Sequence record: BK067788.1
DNA length: 32,443 nucleotides
Reading direction: 5' to 3' (one strand)
Of this stretch, positions 9,160 to 17,273 are shown in pieces. Both the position numbers and the translations under genes were made by a program. Position 1 is the first letter of the stretch, and each line of letters opens with the position of its first letter. The notes beneath the pieces are model-generated. The model was given only the letters and a program-made list of their open reading frames with translations, had not been told where the DNA came from and did not search any database.

Positions 9160-9470
9160 GGTTTATCCTCTAGCTTACCAGATTGCGATTTCGTCATTGG
9201 AATACGTTTCATAACTTGGTCAGATAGTATATATGATACCATGTATGCAAATAGAAAAGGAATGAAAACAAATATCGTAAGCCCACAAACTTCTTCTAAT
9301 GTTGTTAGATTCTTTGATACATCTATTACCGTTATAGCAGTATAGATTGAGAGTAACATTGTTCCACCACAAGTAGGAAATCCAATTACAAGTAGTATTA
9401 AGACTTCTGTCCAATAACGTTTAGCTTCTGGTCCTCTAAACCTTTTCAAAAGTTTGTCTACGAGAGTCAT
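9156..9470 (-). CDS. Small two-TM membrane protein
   Basis: Two hydrophobic helices. Confidence 0.65.
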   Translation of the reverse strand: MTLVDKLLKRFRGPEAKRYWTEVLILLVIGFPTCGGTMLLSIYTAITVIDVSKNLTTLEEVCGLTIFVFIPFLFAYMVSYILSDQVMKRIPMTKSQSGKLEDKP

Positions 9471-9712
9471 GGGTTAAGCACCTTGGGTTTTGTTTCTAAC
9501 CAAACAGTTAATTGTTTATTGCAATCTGTACACAGATCAAGACCTAAGCGAGTATATCTAAACACAATAACTGCAATATTAGAACCACTATCGTCAGCCA
9601 TCTTTTGAAAGTTTTGTAATTGAGACAATGACATTATTTTGTAACTAGGTTTATCATCAGTGATAAACACTTGTCCACACCTATCACATGTATAACTTTT
9701 ATTTTCTACCAT
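9467..9712 (-). CDS. Zn-ribbon protein (CDRC...CTDC)
   Basis: Two CxxC pairs. Confidence 0.65.
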   Translation of the reverse strand: MVENKSYTCDRCGQVFITDDKPSYKIMSLSQLQNFQKMADDSGSNIAVIVFRYTRLGLDLCTDCNKQLTVWLETKPKVLNP

Positions 9713-9906
9713 TACTTTCCAGACTCCTGTACAATCTTGTTAGCTAAGTCTTTGTTTAACTGATTTATTTCCTCACCTATTTTGTATATAGTATCTAATG
9801 CTTCGTTTCTTTCTTTGTCTGATAACTTAACTATCTTAATGAATCTAGCAAGTCCTTGTATCTTACCAATCTTGAAAGCAATATCACTTGATAACTCGTT
9901 TAACAT
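9712..9906 (-). CDS. Small helical hypothetical protein
   Basis: ORF track; TAATG coupling. Confidence 0.6.
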   Translation of the reverse strand: MLNELSSDIAFKIGKIQGLARFIKIVKLSDKERNEALDTIYKIGEEINQLNKDLANKIVQESGK

Positions 9907-10009
9907 AATGTAATTCTCCCCAGGTTAACAAGTTCACTATCGTCATAGGACTTCGGCCTACGGTTCATTGAATTACTAATAAACGGCTTGAGTATTTTGT
10001 CGGTGGAAG

Positions 10010-10402
10010 TCAATTCTTACACCCCAATATTGCATAACGTTCTTTCCCTACCTTAAGATCATTATCTTTATCATTAGGAAGCCATTTTTCTGCATTTGCA
10101 CCATCAGCGATTAACATTAGAATATTTTGTTGTAATACATAACAATCTGTACTAGTTGTGACCATGTTGTGTATTCTTGTATTCGTTTCTTCTATTGTCT
10201 GTTGCTCTTGTGTTATTCTATCAATTCCCTTTGTAATATCGTTTGCGTGTGAAAGTAAGAATAGTAAGAATCCAATACAAATAGAGTACCAGAAGATTTT
10301 GTATTTAGCATTCCATAATTCTCTACCAAAATCAATAAAACCATAATATAACTTTGAATGTCTACCTGCTTCTATTCTATTGCTTCTGGATAATAAGCCC
10401 AT
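10010..10402 (-). CDS. Single-pass membrane protein with C-terminal two-Cys helical domain
   Basis: TM helix, coiled coil, DCYVLQQ...YAILGC. Confidence 0.7.
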   Translation of the reverse strand: MGLLSRSNRIEAGRHSKLYYGFIDFGRELWNAKYKIFWYSICIGFLLFLLSHANDITKGIDRITQEQQTIEETNTRIHNMVTTSTDCYVLQQNILMLIADGANAEKWLPNDKDNDLKVGKERYAILGCKN

Positions 10403-10536
10403 TACTTCTTCGCTTCCTCTTTCGATGAAGTGTTAATGGACTTCTTTCTTCTGATTAGAATTAAGGCACTAACAAATCCTATTACTAAGATGTTTACTAT
10501 GATTAACATATCACTACCAGAAGGAAGATTATTCAT
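10402..10536 (-). CDS. 44-aa single-TM micro-protein (MNNLPSGSDMLIIVNILVIGFVSALILIRRKK...)
   Basis: Manual translation; TM plus basic tail; TAATG coupling. Confidence 0.65.
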   Translation of the reverse strand: MNNLPSGSDMLIIVNILVIGFVSALILIRRKKSINTSSKEEAKK

Positions 10537-10558
10537 CTCGACTCTCCAGTAATTTTGT

Positions 10559-10831
10559 TTATGGACATTTCATTGACTCCATCTTGTCTTTAGCAGGCTG
10601 ATTTAATTGATTTTTAGTATCCTGATCTAACCATTGATTATTAGTATAATCTATCTTTTTCTGTAATTCACTACAAGACCAATTACTCTGACTAATAGAA
10701 AATTTAATTGCATCTACTACATCTGCCTTATCTTGTGGTAATTGTACAGTGTAAACATACCAAAGAGCAATAACAGCAAACACGCATATTGTTATTCCCA
10801 TTGGTATTGTAGCATATTCAACTTGACTCAT
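10559..10831 (-). CDS. Single-pass membrane protein with C-terminal two-Cys helical domain
   Basis: TM, then WSCSELQKKI...MKCP. Confidence 0.7.
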   Translation of the reverse strand: MSQVEYATIPMGITICVFAVIALWYVYTVQLPQDKADVVDAIKFSISQSNWSCSELQKKIDYTNNQWLDQDTKNQLNQPAKDKMESMKCP

Positions 10832-11076
10832 TTCGTGGACTCCTTCTGTGAAGTGTTAATGGGAGTATTCCAAGTTTTCCAACAGATATAGAATATGAAG
10901 AGTCCTACACTTGAGATAGGTAACCATCTTACAATAAAGAACGATGCTGGAATGTATGTATAATCTAATGGTAAAATAAAGAACCATGCAATCATTTGGC
11001 CTACTAGAATACCAAATGTAAATGAGAATGTCTTGATTGCATATTTGTAATTTTTAAATTCTTCTTTCAAGTTCAT
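10828..11076 (-). CDS. Small two-TM membrane protein
   Basis: Two hydrophobic helices. Confidence 0.65.
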   Translation of the reverse strand: MNLKEEFKNYKYAIKTFSFTFGILVGQMIAWFFILPLDYTYIPASFFIVRWLPISSVGLFIFYICWKTWNTPINTSQKESTK

Positions 11077-11318
11077 TTTATCTCAAGTCCTGTCATGTAA
11101 CGATTAGCAACTGCGCTCGTATTTGCTTCTTCATCTCTTTTTTGAATATCTTTAAGATAACTTCTCACATGTAAGTTATCCATTTGTAACTTTTCAATAA
11201 ATTCATCCTGTTTTTCTTTATTCATGTGTCTAAAGATGGTAATCATTTCTTTGTTATGTTGGGATAATGATTTACATGCTTCTCTAAACTCTTCAAAAGT
11301 TACATCAAGAACTCCCAT
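11073..11318 (-). CDS. Small helical hypothetical protein
   Basis: ORF track; overlap coupling. Confidence 0.65.
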   Translation of the reverse strand: MGVLDVTFEEFREACKSLSQHNKEMITIFRHMNKEKQDEFIEKLQMDNLHVRSYLKDIQKRDEEANTSAVANRYMTGLEIK

Positions 11319-11560
11319 TAGCTTCTCGACCTCTGTGCATTTGTGTCGGTGAATAACATAGTAAATGGAATACTAGCCCATGCAAAAATAGCACCAAATA
11401 TAGAAATCATTCCTATGTTTACAGAACTTTGGAAACATGGATCATTAACATTATGGCATGATTGGGTTTCTTTATGAAAAAAATATTGCCCTCCTAATAA
11501 AATAGAAATACCAAGTCCTACACAAACTAGCATGACTATTTTTCCTTGTGATTCATTCAT
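11318..11560 (-). CDS. Two-TM protein with a Cys-Cys loop
   Basis: TM-SCHNVNDPCF-TM. Confidence 0.65.
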   Translation of the reverse strand: MNESQGKIVMLVCVGLGISILLGGQYFFHKETQSCHNVNDPCFQSSVNIGMISIFGAIFAWASIPFTMLFTDTNAQRSRS

Positions 11561-11627
11561 ATCTATATTACAACTCCTCTGATAATAGATACTTGTGAGT
11601 TATGAAATGATACAGACAAGTTCAATA

Positions 11628-11921
11628 TCATGTCGATGGAACTCCTGAGTGAGTACATACTAGATACTTAGCTTGTGCATAAGCATAATTAACATCCACA
11701 TCTTTACCAGCACCACGATTAGAATTGTCTATTAACCATTGACCTAAATCTTTACAAGACATTGTCTTTAATTTTGTTTTTTCTTCTGCAAATTCTGGTC
11801 CCCAATAAACTGCATTCATAGTAAAGATAATTATTAAAGCACCAAGACAAAACCATAATGCAGCTTCTAATAATCCACCTTGTCCTTTTCTAAAGAAAAG
11901 ACCGTCTATCACATCACTCAA
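11628..11921 (-). CDS. Single-pass membrane protein with C-terminal two-Cys helical domain
   Basis: TM, then MSCKDLGQWLI...YLVC. Confidence 0.7.
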   Translation of the reverse strand: MSDVIDGLFFRKGQGGLLEAALWFCLGALIIIFTMNAVYWGPEFAEEKTKLKTMSCKDLGQWLIDNSNRGAGKDVDVNYAYAQAKYLVCTHSGVPST

Positions 11922-11961
11922 TTCAATCTCTCCGATAACATGATTAGAATTGTGTCGATGG

Positions 11962-12216
11962 TCATTGTGGTACTCCTAGCTTGATTCGTTTGATTCCAAG
12001 TTCTAATAAGGCTACCTGGAATAACTCGTCAGGATCTTGACCGTCATACTTTCCCATCTTGATTACAAACTTTACTGCTTTGCCTGCAAAGTCTCTCCAT
12101 CCCCATATAGTATAGTTCCACTTGCCGTTTACTGCGTTAAGCTTGATTGTCATAGAACTACCATAGTAAACTTGTCGTGTAGTTAGTTCATGGATTCTTT
12201 GAGATGGAGTTGTCAT
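11962..12216 (-). CDS. Hypothetical protein
   Basis: ORF track; ATGA coupling. Confidence 0.65.
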   Translation of the reverse strand: MTTPSQRIHELTTRQVYYGSSMTIKLNAVNGKWNYTIWGWRDFAGKAVKFVIKMGKYDGQDPDELFQVALLELGIKRIKLGVPQ

Positions 12217-12353
12217 TTCTTTCTCTCCAGCTTGTCAAGCACAAAGTTGACCATCCAATCAATAGAAGTGTTTGGTGCAAACTCTCCATACTTTCTAAGT
12301 CTTTCAATAGTAGTGCATTTGATTTCTGGCCTGACTATTGTTTCTTCTTTCAT
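12213..12353 (-). CDS. 46-aa ribbon-helix-helix-like DNA-binding protein (MKEETIVRPEIKCTTIERLRKYGEFAPNTSIDWMVNFVLDKLERKK)
   Basis: Manual translation; strand-helix-turn-helix pattern with S-x-D-x-x-V-x-x-x-L-D second helix; coupled on both sides. Confidence 0.55.
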   Translation of the reverse strand: MKEETIVRPEIKCTTIERLRKYGEFAPNTSIDWMVNFVLDKLERKK

Positions 12354-12541
12354 TGGTTTCTTTGTCTCCATTCATTGACTTGCTTTAAAGTTGCAAGAGT
12401 GTTTTCTCTTACATATTGTTTGGCCAGTGCCATAGCTTCTTTCTTTGTATGTGTTCCATCCTCAAGGAATACTTTATACGATTCAGTAATTAGCTCCCCT
12501 TTATGATACCACTTTTCATTTAATTCGTCAAACACTTTCAT
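12350..12541 (-). CDS. First gene of the leftward operon, hypothetical
   Basis: ORF track; TATA-like box 24-31 nt upstream. Confidence 0.65.
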   Translation of the reverse strand: MKVFDELNEKWYHKGELITESYKVFLEDGTHTKKEAMALAKQYVRENTLATLKQVNEWRQRNQ

Positions 12542-12641
12542 GTACTCTAGGGTACGTTTGCGTACTATAAGAACTTGTTGTTGTCATGCGTACAGGCGTC
12601 AGACCGATATGTTAATAACGTACGTTCCCGTACACCATTCT
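12542..12641. promoter_or_regulatory. Divergent twin promoter with six GTAC boxes
   Basis: GTAC at 12542, 12552, 12562, 12590, 12620, 12630; TCTTATAG (minus, 12572..12565) and GTTAATAA (plus, 12611..12618), each 24-31 nt upstream of its ATG. Confidence 0.7.
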
Positions 12642-12827
12642 ATGGAAACGTCATTAGAAACAAAACCACTTTCAAATGAAGCAATTGGAGTATTATGTAG
12701 TGAATTATTTTTACAATTAGATTACATTCAAGAATCAGGAAACAAATATGGTAACATTGACCTTGCTAAACAATTAGTAAAAAGATTGAATCAATCCATA
12801 CCAGTTAAGGATAGAATTAGAAAATGA
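12642..12827 (+). CDS. First gene of the rightward operon, 61 aa (METSLETKPLSNEAIG...)
   Basis: Start reassigned from 12540 to ATG 12642 using promoter geometry. Confidence 0.6.
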   Translation: METSLETKPLSNEAIGVLCSELFLQLDYIQESGNKYGNIDLAKQLVKRLNQSIPVKDRIRK

Positions 12828-13060
12828 CTTCCTCAACATCCCCGTCAGACCGTTCACAAGAACCTTCAATGTTTAGAACTATTGATAAGATTGGATTTGT
12901 GTTAATGTCCATTGCAGCTGTAATATTATTTTATAATCTATATACTAATCAAGACTTACCAAGTTATTTAATAATTCCAATGACTATTCTAATATTCATT
13001 AGTTCTTATTTAGTTCTAAATTGGTTCATGCATACACCAAAGGAGATTGTCTCCCATTGA
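12824..13060 (+). CDS. Small two-TM membrane protein
   Basis: Two hydrophobic helices. Confidence 0.65.
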   Translation: MTSSTSPSDRSQEPSMFRTIDKIGFVLMSIAAVILFYNLYTNQDLPSYLIIPMTILIFISSYLVLNWFMHTPKEIVSH

Positions 13061-13194
13061 CCACTAATCCAAGAAGTAAATGTAAGATTAAGGAATGTAA
13101 TGGAACTAATCAGGTTAGAGGTTTTTGTGGTTTGAACCATGAGCAAGCATGGAAGGAAGGTAAACGAAAGGATGGACTTTACTATGACAACTAA
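13057..13194 (+). CDS. 45-aa CCCH Zn-finger micro-protein (MTTNPRSKCKIKECNGTNQVRGFCGLNH...)
   Basis: Manual translation; TTG start overlapping the upstream stop; C-x4-C...RGxC..H motif. Confidence 0.55.
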   Translation: MTTNPRSKCKIKECNGTNQVRGFCGLNHEQAWKEGKRKDGLYYDN

Positions 13195-13354
13195 ACCAAG
13201 ATTTAAAGAAACAATATCAGTTGAAGATGTCAGACAGAGGCATATTGACTTAGAAGTAGCACAAGAAGAACACTTCAAAGCAATTCAAGACATTAGGAAA
13301 GAAATGGGTGAACTATTTGACACCTATTGGGATTTGGTTCATCTTGACAACTAA
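13184..13354 (+). CDS. Small coiled-coil protein (MTTKPRFKETISVEDV...)
   Basis: Part of track ORF 13139..13354; later ATG preferred because of the upstream micro-ORF. Confidence 0.55.
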   Translation: MTTKPRFKETISVEDVRQRHIDLEVAQEEHFKAIQDIRKEMGELFDTYWDLVHLDN

Positions 13355-14231
13355 AATAGACGGTCTGGCACAATACCATATTCGTGAAGAACCAAACCAA
13401 ATAATTGAACGTGCATTAGATTTAGGAAAAACTAATCTATATTGTCTATTTTCAGGAGGGAAGGATTCTACTACTGCTAGTGATTTGGTAGCAACTCAAT
13501 ATCCTGAATATTACAAAGGAAACGTCTATACTATGACTGGAATGTCTCTAAGAGAATCAAGATGGTTTGTTACTCAACAATGCCATGAACAGAATAGACC
13601 TTTGTTTTTTACATGGGCTAAAAAAAACTACGTTGATTGGGTTTTAGAAAATGGATTTGGTGGGCAAGGTGTACATAATATTGTTATGTTCAAACTAAAG
13701 TTTCTTTCTTGGAGAATGTTTCTACGAGGTAAAGAAGATAAATCTGCATTTATCTCAGGAGTGAGAAAAAAGGAATCTGTCAGACGTAGTAACAGATTAG
13801 CATATAAGAATCCAATAGACTTTGATAATAAAACATGTATGATAAAACCAATTTTCTATAAGAATGGTCTTTGGTTATGGGATTACATAGCAAAACAAAA
13901 TCTAAAGGTTTCACCTGTAAATGATATTCTTGGAATATCAGGAGATTGTTTATGTGGATGCTTTGCAGAGAAACATGAGATTAAGTTAATTGAGAAATAT
14001 TATCCATATATGTTCAGTGCTATAAAATGGCTAGAAAAAGAGATTCAAAGACGTGGTAGTAAAACAGCATTAAAACATCCAACTTGGGGATCAGGTGCAT
14101 CATTAGAGGACATTGAAATGCAAACTCAGATTAAGAACTGGTTTGCAGAATGTGAAGAAGATGAAGGTTTGGAACCAAGCACATTATCTATCGAAGAATA
14201 TTGTACGGAATCTTGTTCGGTGACTGTCTAA
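13344..14231 (+). CDS. PAPS-reductase-family (adenine nucleotide alpha hydrolase / PP-loop, DndC/CysH-like) protein
   Basis: LFSGGKDS PP-loop, GVRKKESVRR, KPI...W..I, C-terminal DCLCGCF Cys cluster; likely TTG start at 13344. Confidence 0.85.
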   Translation: MTTKIDGLAQYHIREEPNQIIERALDLGKTNLYCLFSGGKDSTTASDLVATQYPEYYKGNVYTMTGMSLRESRWFVTQQCHEQNRPLFFTWAKKNYVDWVLENGFGGQGVHNIVMFKLKFLSWRMFLRGKEDKSAFISGVRKKESVRRSNRLAYKNPIDFDNKTCMIKPIFYKNGLWLWDYIAKQNLKVSPVNDILGISGDCLCGCFAEKHEIKLIEKYYPYMFSAIKWLEKEIQRRGSKTALKHPTWGSGASLEDIEMQTQIKNWFAECEEDEGLEPSTLSIEEYCTESCSVTV

Positions 14232-14395
14232 TGGAGAAAGAAATTAACCGACTTAGAAAATTAGAGGCGAGGCTTGATAAAGTAATAAAGAAAACTGATT
14301 CAGAGATTCATGGAATTGGAACACCTGAATGTTTAGATGATTTACTATACATAAAACATGGAAAGCATAAAATGTATTTAGGAGACTCTAAATGA
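14201..14395 (+). CDS. Small hypothetical protein (true start probably ATG at about 14231)
   Basis: ORF track. Confidence 0.5.
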   Translation: MYGILFGDCLMEKEINRLRKLEARLDKVIKKTDSEIHGIGTPECLDDLLYIKHGKHKMYLGDSK

Positions 14396-14520
14396 CTCCT
14401 ACTGGATGTCCCTCTTGTCATAAGTTATGTCTTGAACAAAAACAGGATAGGTGGTCAGGTATGATATATTTCAAATGTTCTAACTGTGGTAAACAATACA
14501 GGTTGGTAGAACTTCAATGA
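14392..14520 (+). CDS. 42-aa Zn-ribbon micro-protein (MTPTGCPSCHKL...FKCSNCGKQY...)
   Basis: Manual translation; CPxC...CxxCG; GGAGA upstream; ATGA coupling. Confidence 0.7.
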   Translation: MTPTGCPSCHKLCLEQKQDRWSGMIYFKCSNCGKQYRLVELQ

Positions 14521-14777
14521 TTATTATGCCCAAGATTAATTGGAAACAACTATTATGTTTTCATGACTATATACCTAAAGAAATGATAGGTATTATCAAA
14601 TGTGAAGATGAGGATAAAACACATTTCTACGCACATTGGATTTGTTCATATTGTAATAAATCAAAATGGTATATGTTTATGAAGAAGTGGGATAGCGATT
14701 ATCATAAACAATTACAGATATTTTCAGTTCTACCACATTCTAAACACTTCATAACAATCGGAGATGAGTCTCGATGA
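14517..14777 (+). CDS. Cys/His-containing hypothetical protein
   Basis: LCFHDY...ICSYC motif. Confidence 0.6.
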   Translation: MIIMPKINWKQLLCFHDYIPKEMIGIIKCEDEDKTHFYAHWICSYCNKSKWYMFMKKWDSDYHKQLQIFSVLPHSKHFITIGDESR

Positions 14778-15091
14778 CATCAACAACAAACCGTCATCTA
14801 ATAAGAACTAATCTTATTCTAGGTGGATTATACGGATGCTTCGGAGTATTAGGGTTATTTTTAGATTATACAATATACTATTTTGCTAACAAACCAAGTC
14901 CTTTTGGTCATACTCAAATGGATCCATTACTTCAGGGAATGACGTATTTCGTTATTGTTGTGAGTATTTTCATGTTTTGGTTTGGTTATCATGTCTATAA
15001 AACTGGATTAGCATCAGATAGAAGATTTTGGAATAGTATTGATCATATCGATTCTATGTTAACAAGGGGAGACTCTCGTCAACATGACTGA
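14774..15091 (+). CDS. Two-TM membrane protein
   Basis: Two hydrophobic helices. Confidence 0.65.
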   Translation: MTSTTNRHLIRTNLILGGLYGCFGVLGLFLDYTIYYFANKPSPFGHTQMDPLLQGMTYFVIVVSIFMFWFGYHVYKTGLASDRRFWNSIDHIDSMLTRGDSRQHD

Positions 15092-15239
15092 ATTAGGAAA
15101 AGATTTGATTAGTTTAGCAGGTAAGTTAGAATGGCAAATGAATCATGAAGATGGTCATAACATACCTTCAATCATAAAACAAATGCGAACAAAGTTAACT
15201 CAAATAGAAAAACTCGTCAACAAAGGAGAGGGAATGTAA

Positions 15240-15776
15240 TTGAGTCAAGTAGAATTAATTGACGACCTTCAATTATGGATTAGTCAACGAGAAGGTAAGA
15301 TACCAATAGAGGTTCTTTACCTTCCAAGGCCTGCAAGTGATTATCCTGGGTGTTATCCGCTACACTTTGAGAAGCACTTACCTCGATTACTTGAAACATA
15401 TGATTATGTTCACTTCTTTGGTGGTAAGGCCACCACTGGTTATCGGATAGATACAAACGCAGAAACTAATCCTGACTTGGTTGCAGACGTACAAGAAAGA
15501 TTACCATTCCCAGATAATTACTTTTCAGGCGGAAAAGCAGATCCACCATACAACGAACAATTTGCAAAGGACTTGTATAATTGCCCTTACCCTCAATGGT
15601 CTAAATGGACTCATGAGTTAGTTAGAATAGTAAAACCTGGTGGCCTTATTGCAATAATGAATAACTATCCAGTGCCAAGACTCAAAGGTTGTCAATGGGA
15701 AAAGATTGTAATCATCTTACTTAGAATAAAACAATTTCCTAAAGTCATTACTATACAGAGGAAAGAACATGAATAG
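15240..15776 (+). CDS. Small SAM-dependent amino (m6A/m4C) DNA methyltransferase-like protein
   Basis: HFFGG motif-I variant, RIDT, LVADV, catalytic DPPY, ELVRIVKPGG. Confidence 0.75.
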   Translation: MSQVELIDDLQLWISQREGKIPIEVLYLPRPASDYPGCYPLHFEKHLPRLLETYDYVHFFGGKATTGYRIDTNAETNPDLVADVQERLPFPDNYFSGGKADPPYNEQFAKDLYNCPYPQWSKWTHELVRIVKPGGLIAIMNNYPVPRLKGCQWEKIVIILLRIKQFPKVITIQRKEHE

Positions 15777-15899
15777 AAACATCTGCATACATGAACCAAC
15801 TGAAATAAGATTACGTGAGGGTTGGAATGATGATTATTACTGTCCAGCTTGTAAAGCCTACGTAGGTTACTTTTCTCGTTTAATATGGAGAAAGCCTCA

Positions 15900-16295
15900 A
15901 TGACAAAAGAATCGAAACGTAAACAAATAACAGTTTATGATTACAAGAATAGACCAACTAAACTAGATCTTCCTAAAGAATCATGGTGGTGGTCATGTAG
16001 AATAGGCAATGGTTTAGGTACTCTTCACTGTGTAATATCATGTTATAATACTTCAAATGTATTCTATATCACTCCAAGTAAACTAGCTAGAATCGCATAC
16101 TGTGATTCACATGCAGAATGTAGAATAATGAATACCATGCTAACAGGCCAATTAGAACAAGGCATATGGTGTATTGCCAATAACGGTAAATTAAAAGCAC
16201 ATTGGTTTTATCAGAGATATTTTCCTTATATGCAGAAAACTTATCCTAAACAGGCACGTAAATTAAAACAAAAGATAAAGGAGATTTTATCGTAA
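15900..16295 (+). CDS. Hypothetical protein (start likely ATG 15900)
   Basis: Track ORF 15885..16295; a 44-aa ORF at 15769..15903 couples to ATG 15900. Confidence 0.6.
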   Translation: MTKESKRKQITVYDYKNRPTKLDLPKESWWWSCRIGNGLGTLHCVISCYNTSNVFYITPSKLARIAYCDSHAECRIMNTMLTGQLEQGIWCIANNGKLKAHWFYQRYFPYMQKTYPKQARKLKQKIKEILS

Positions 16296-16630
16296 TGACC
16301 GAAGAATGTAAGGAGTGTTTTGAGTGGTTCAAGAATAAGAAGCAATATGAAGCACATTACAATCGTTTTCACAAAGCACCTACATGGAATCCAGATGGAA
16401 CCATTCAGCTTAATGCCAGTGATCAGATACGATTAATCTTAAAAGATATGGCTGGGTCTTGGGAGAAATACCTAGAGAGCTTCCCAAAGAAGAAACGAAT
16501 GACTTTAGACTATCGAGATTCAGTTAAACTAATGCAGTTCGAACTTGATAATAATTTAGAGTTTGTAGTATGTGGTAGTGAAGTAAAGGAATATCGTAAG
16601 TATGAAAGCCCAGGAGTTGCGTTGACTTAA
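16295..16630 (+). CDS. Protein with N-terminal C2H2 Zn finger
   Basis: CKECFEWFKNKKQYEAHYNRFH. Confidence 0.7.
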   Translation: MTEECKECFEWFKNKKQYEAHYNRFHKAPTWNPDGTIQLNASDQIRLILKDMAGSWEKYLESFPKKKRMTLDYRDSVKLMQFELDNNLEFVVCGSEVKEYRKYESPGVALT

Positions 16631-16935
16631 TGACACAACAAAAGAAACGTCTGTATTGTCTACTAGTAAATTATAAAACAATTCAAGGTGGTGAAATGTC
16701 TAGTAAACTAACAAGTAAATACTGTTGCTCTCGATTACAAAAAGAACTTGAGAAGGAACCATTCAAGAAGAAAGTAAGACAATCAATAGGTGGAATACAT
16801 TTAATGGATAAAGAAGGTGATAATAATTGGTTAAAGATCTGCCCTTACTGTAAGGCAAAAATAAAGAAACTTACTATAGTAATCGATTCAATACCATATA
16901 ATTTCATTCAACAAATGGAGATTGCTAACATTTGA
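16630..16935 (+). CDS. Zn-binding hypothetical protein (YCC...ICPYC)
   Basis: CC...CPxC motif. Confidence 0.6.
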   Translation: MTQQKKRLYCLLVNYKTIQGGEMSSKLTSKYCCSRLQKELEKEPFKKKVRQSIGGIHLMDKEGDNNWLKICPYCKAKIKKLTIVIDSIPYNFIQQMEIANI

Positions 16936-17132
16936 AAGACTCGCAGACCAAAGTAACGAAATGTAATAGATGTGAATTGGGATTTAATAGCATTAATGAA
17001 ATGGTAATTGTTAGACCGTTATATCCAATCTCTAAAGCATTTACAGAGTATTATCATGCTACTTGCTATAACTATAATCGATATAAGATATTACCAAAAA
17101 ACTATCCTTCAACATTAGGAAATAGTTGTTAA
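16932..17132 (+). CDS. Small Zn-finger-like protein (CNRC...YHATC)
   Basis: CxxC...HxxC. Confidence 0.55.
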   Translation: MKDSQTKVTKCNRCELGFNSINEMVIVRPLYPISKAFTEYYHATCYNYNRYKILPKNYPSTLGNSC

Positions 17133-17273
17133 TATGACTAGAGAGAAAGACGCTAAGGAAATTCTAAAGATTGTTGAGAAGTACAAAGACGGCTATCCAA
17201 CTTCAATGTATAACGCCATCCAAGAATATTATTACAAGAAGTCTCATAAACCTTCTAACAGGGATGTCGAGAA

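Noticed and set aside
9946-9960. TAGGAC-TTCG-GCCTA hairpin with a cUUCGg loop and a wider GTAATTC/GAATTAC inverted repeat, suggesting an ncRNA or ribozyme
   Set aside because: The UUCG loop is on the non-transcribed strand, the stem is short and bulged, no ribozyme core motif was found, and a coupled 37-aa ORF (9900..10013) explains the gap.
12540-12641. 5' extension of track ORF 12540..12827
   Set aside because: It overlaps the opposite gene's start and the whole promoter region; ATG 12642 fits the TATA spacing.
12597-12852. 10-bp direct repeat CGTCAGACCG at 12597 and 12843
   Set aside because: Only two copies, one inside a coding region, with no consistent positional context; may be chance.
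13344-14231. Calling the PP-loop gene cysH (auxiliary sulfur metabolism) or a complete Dnd system
   Set aside because: No other cys or dnd genes are present, and motifs alone cannot separate these subfamilies.
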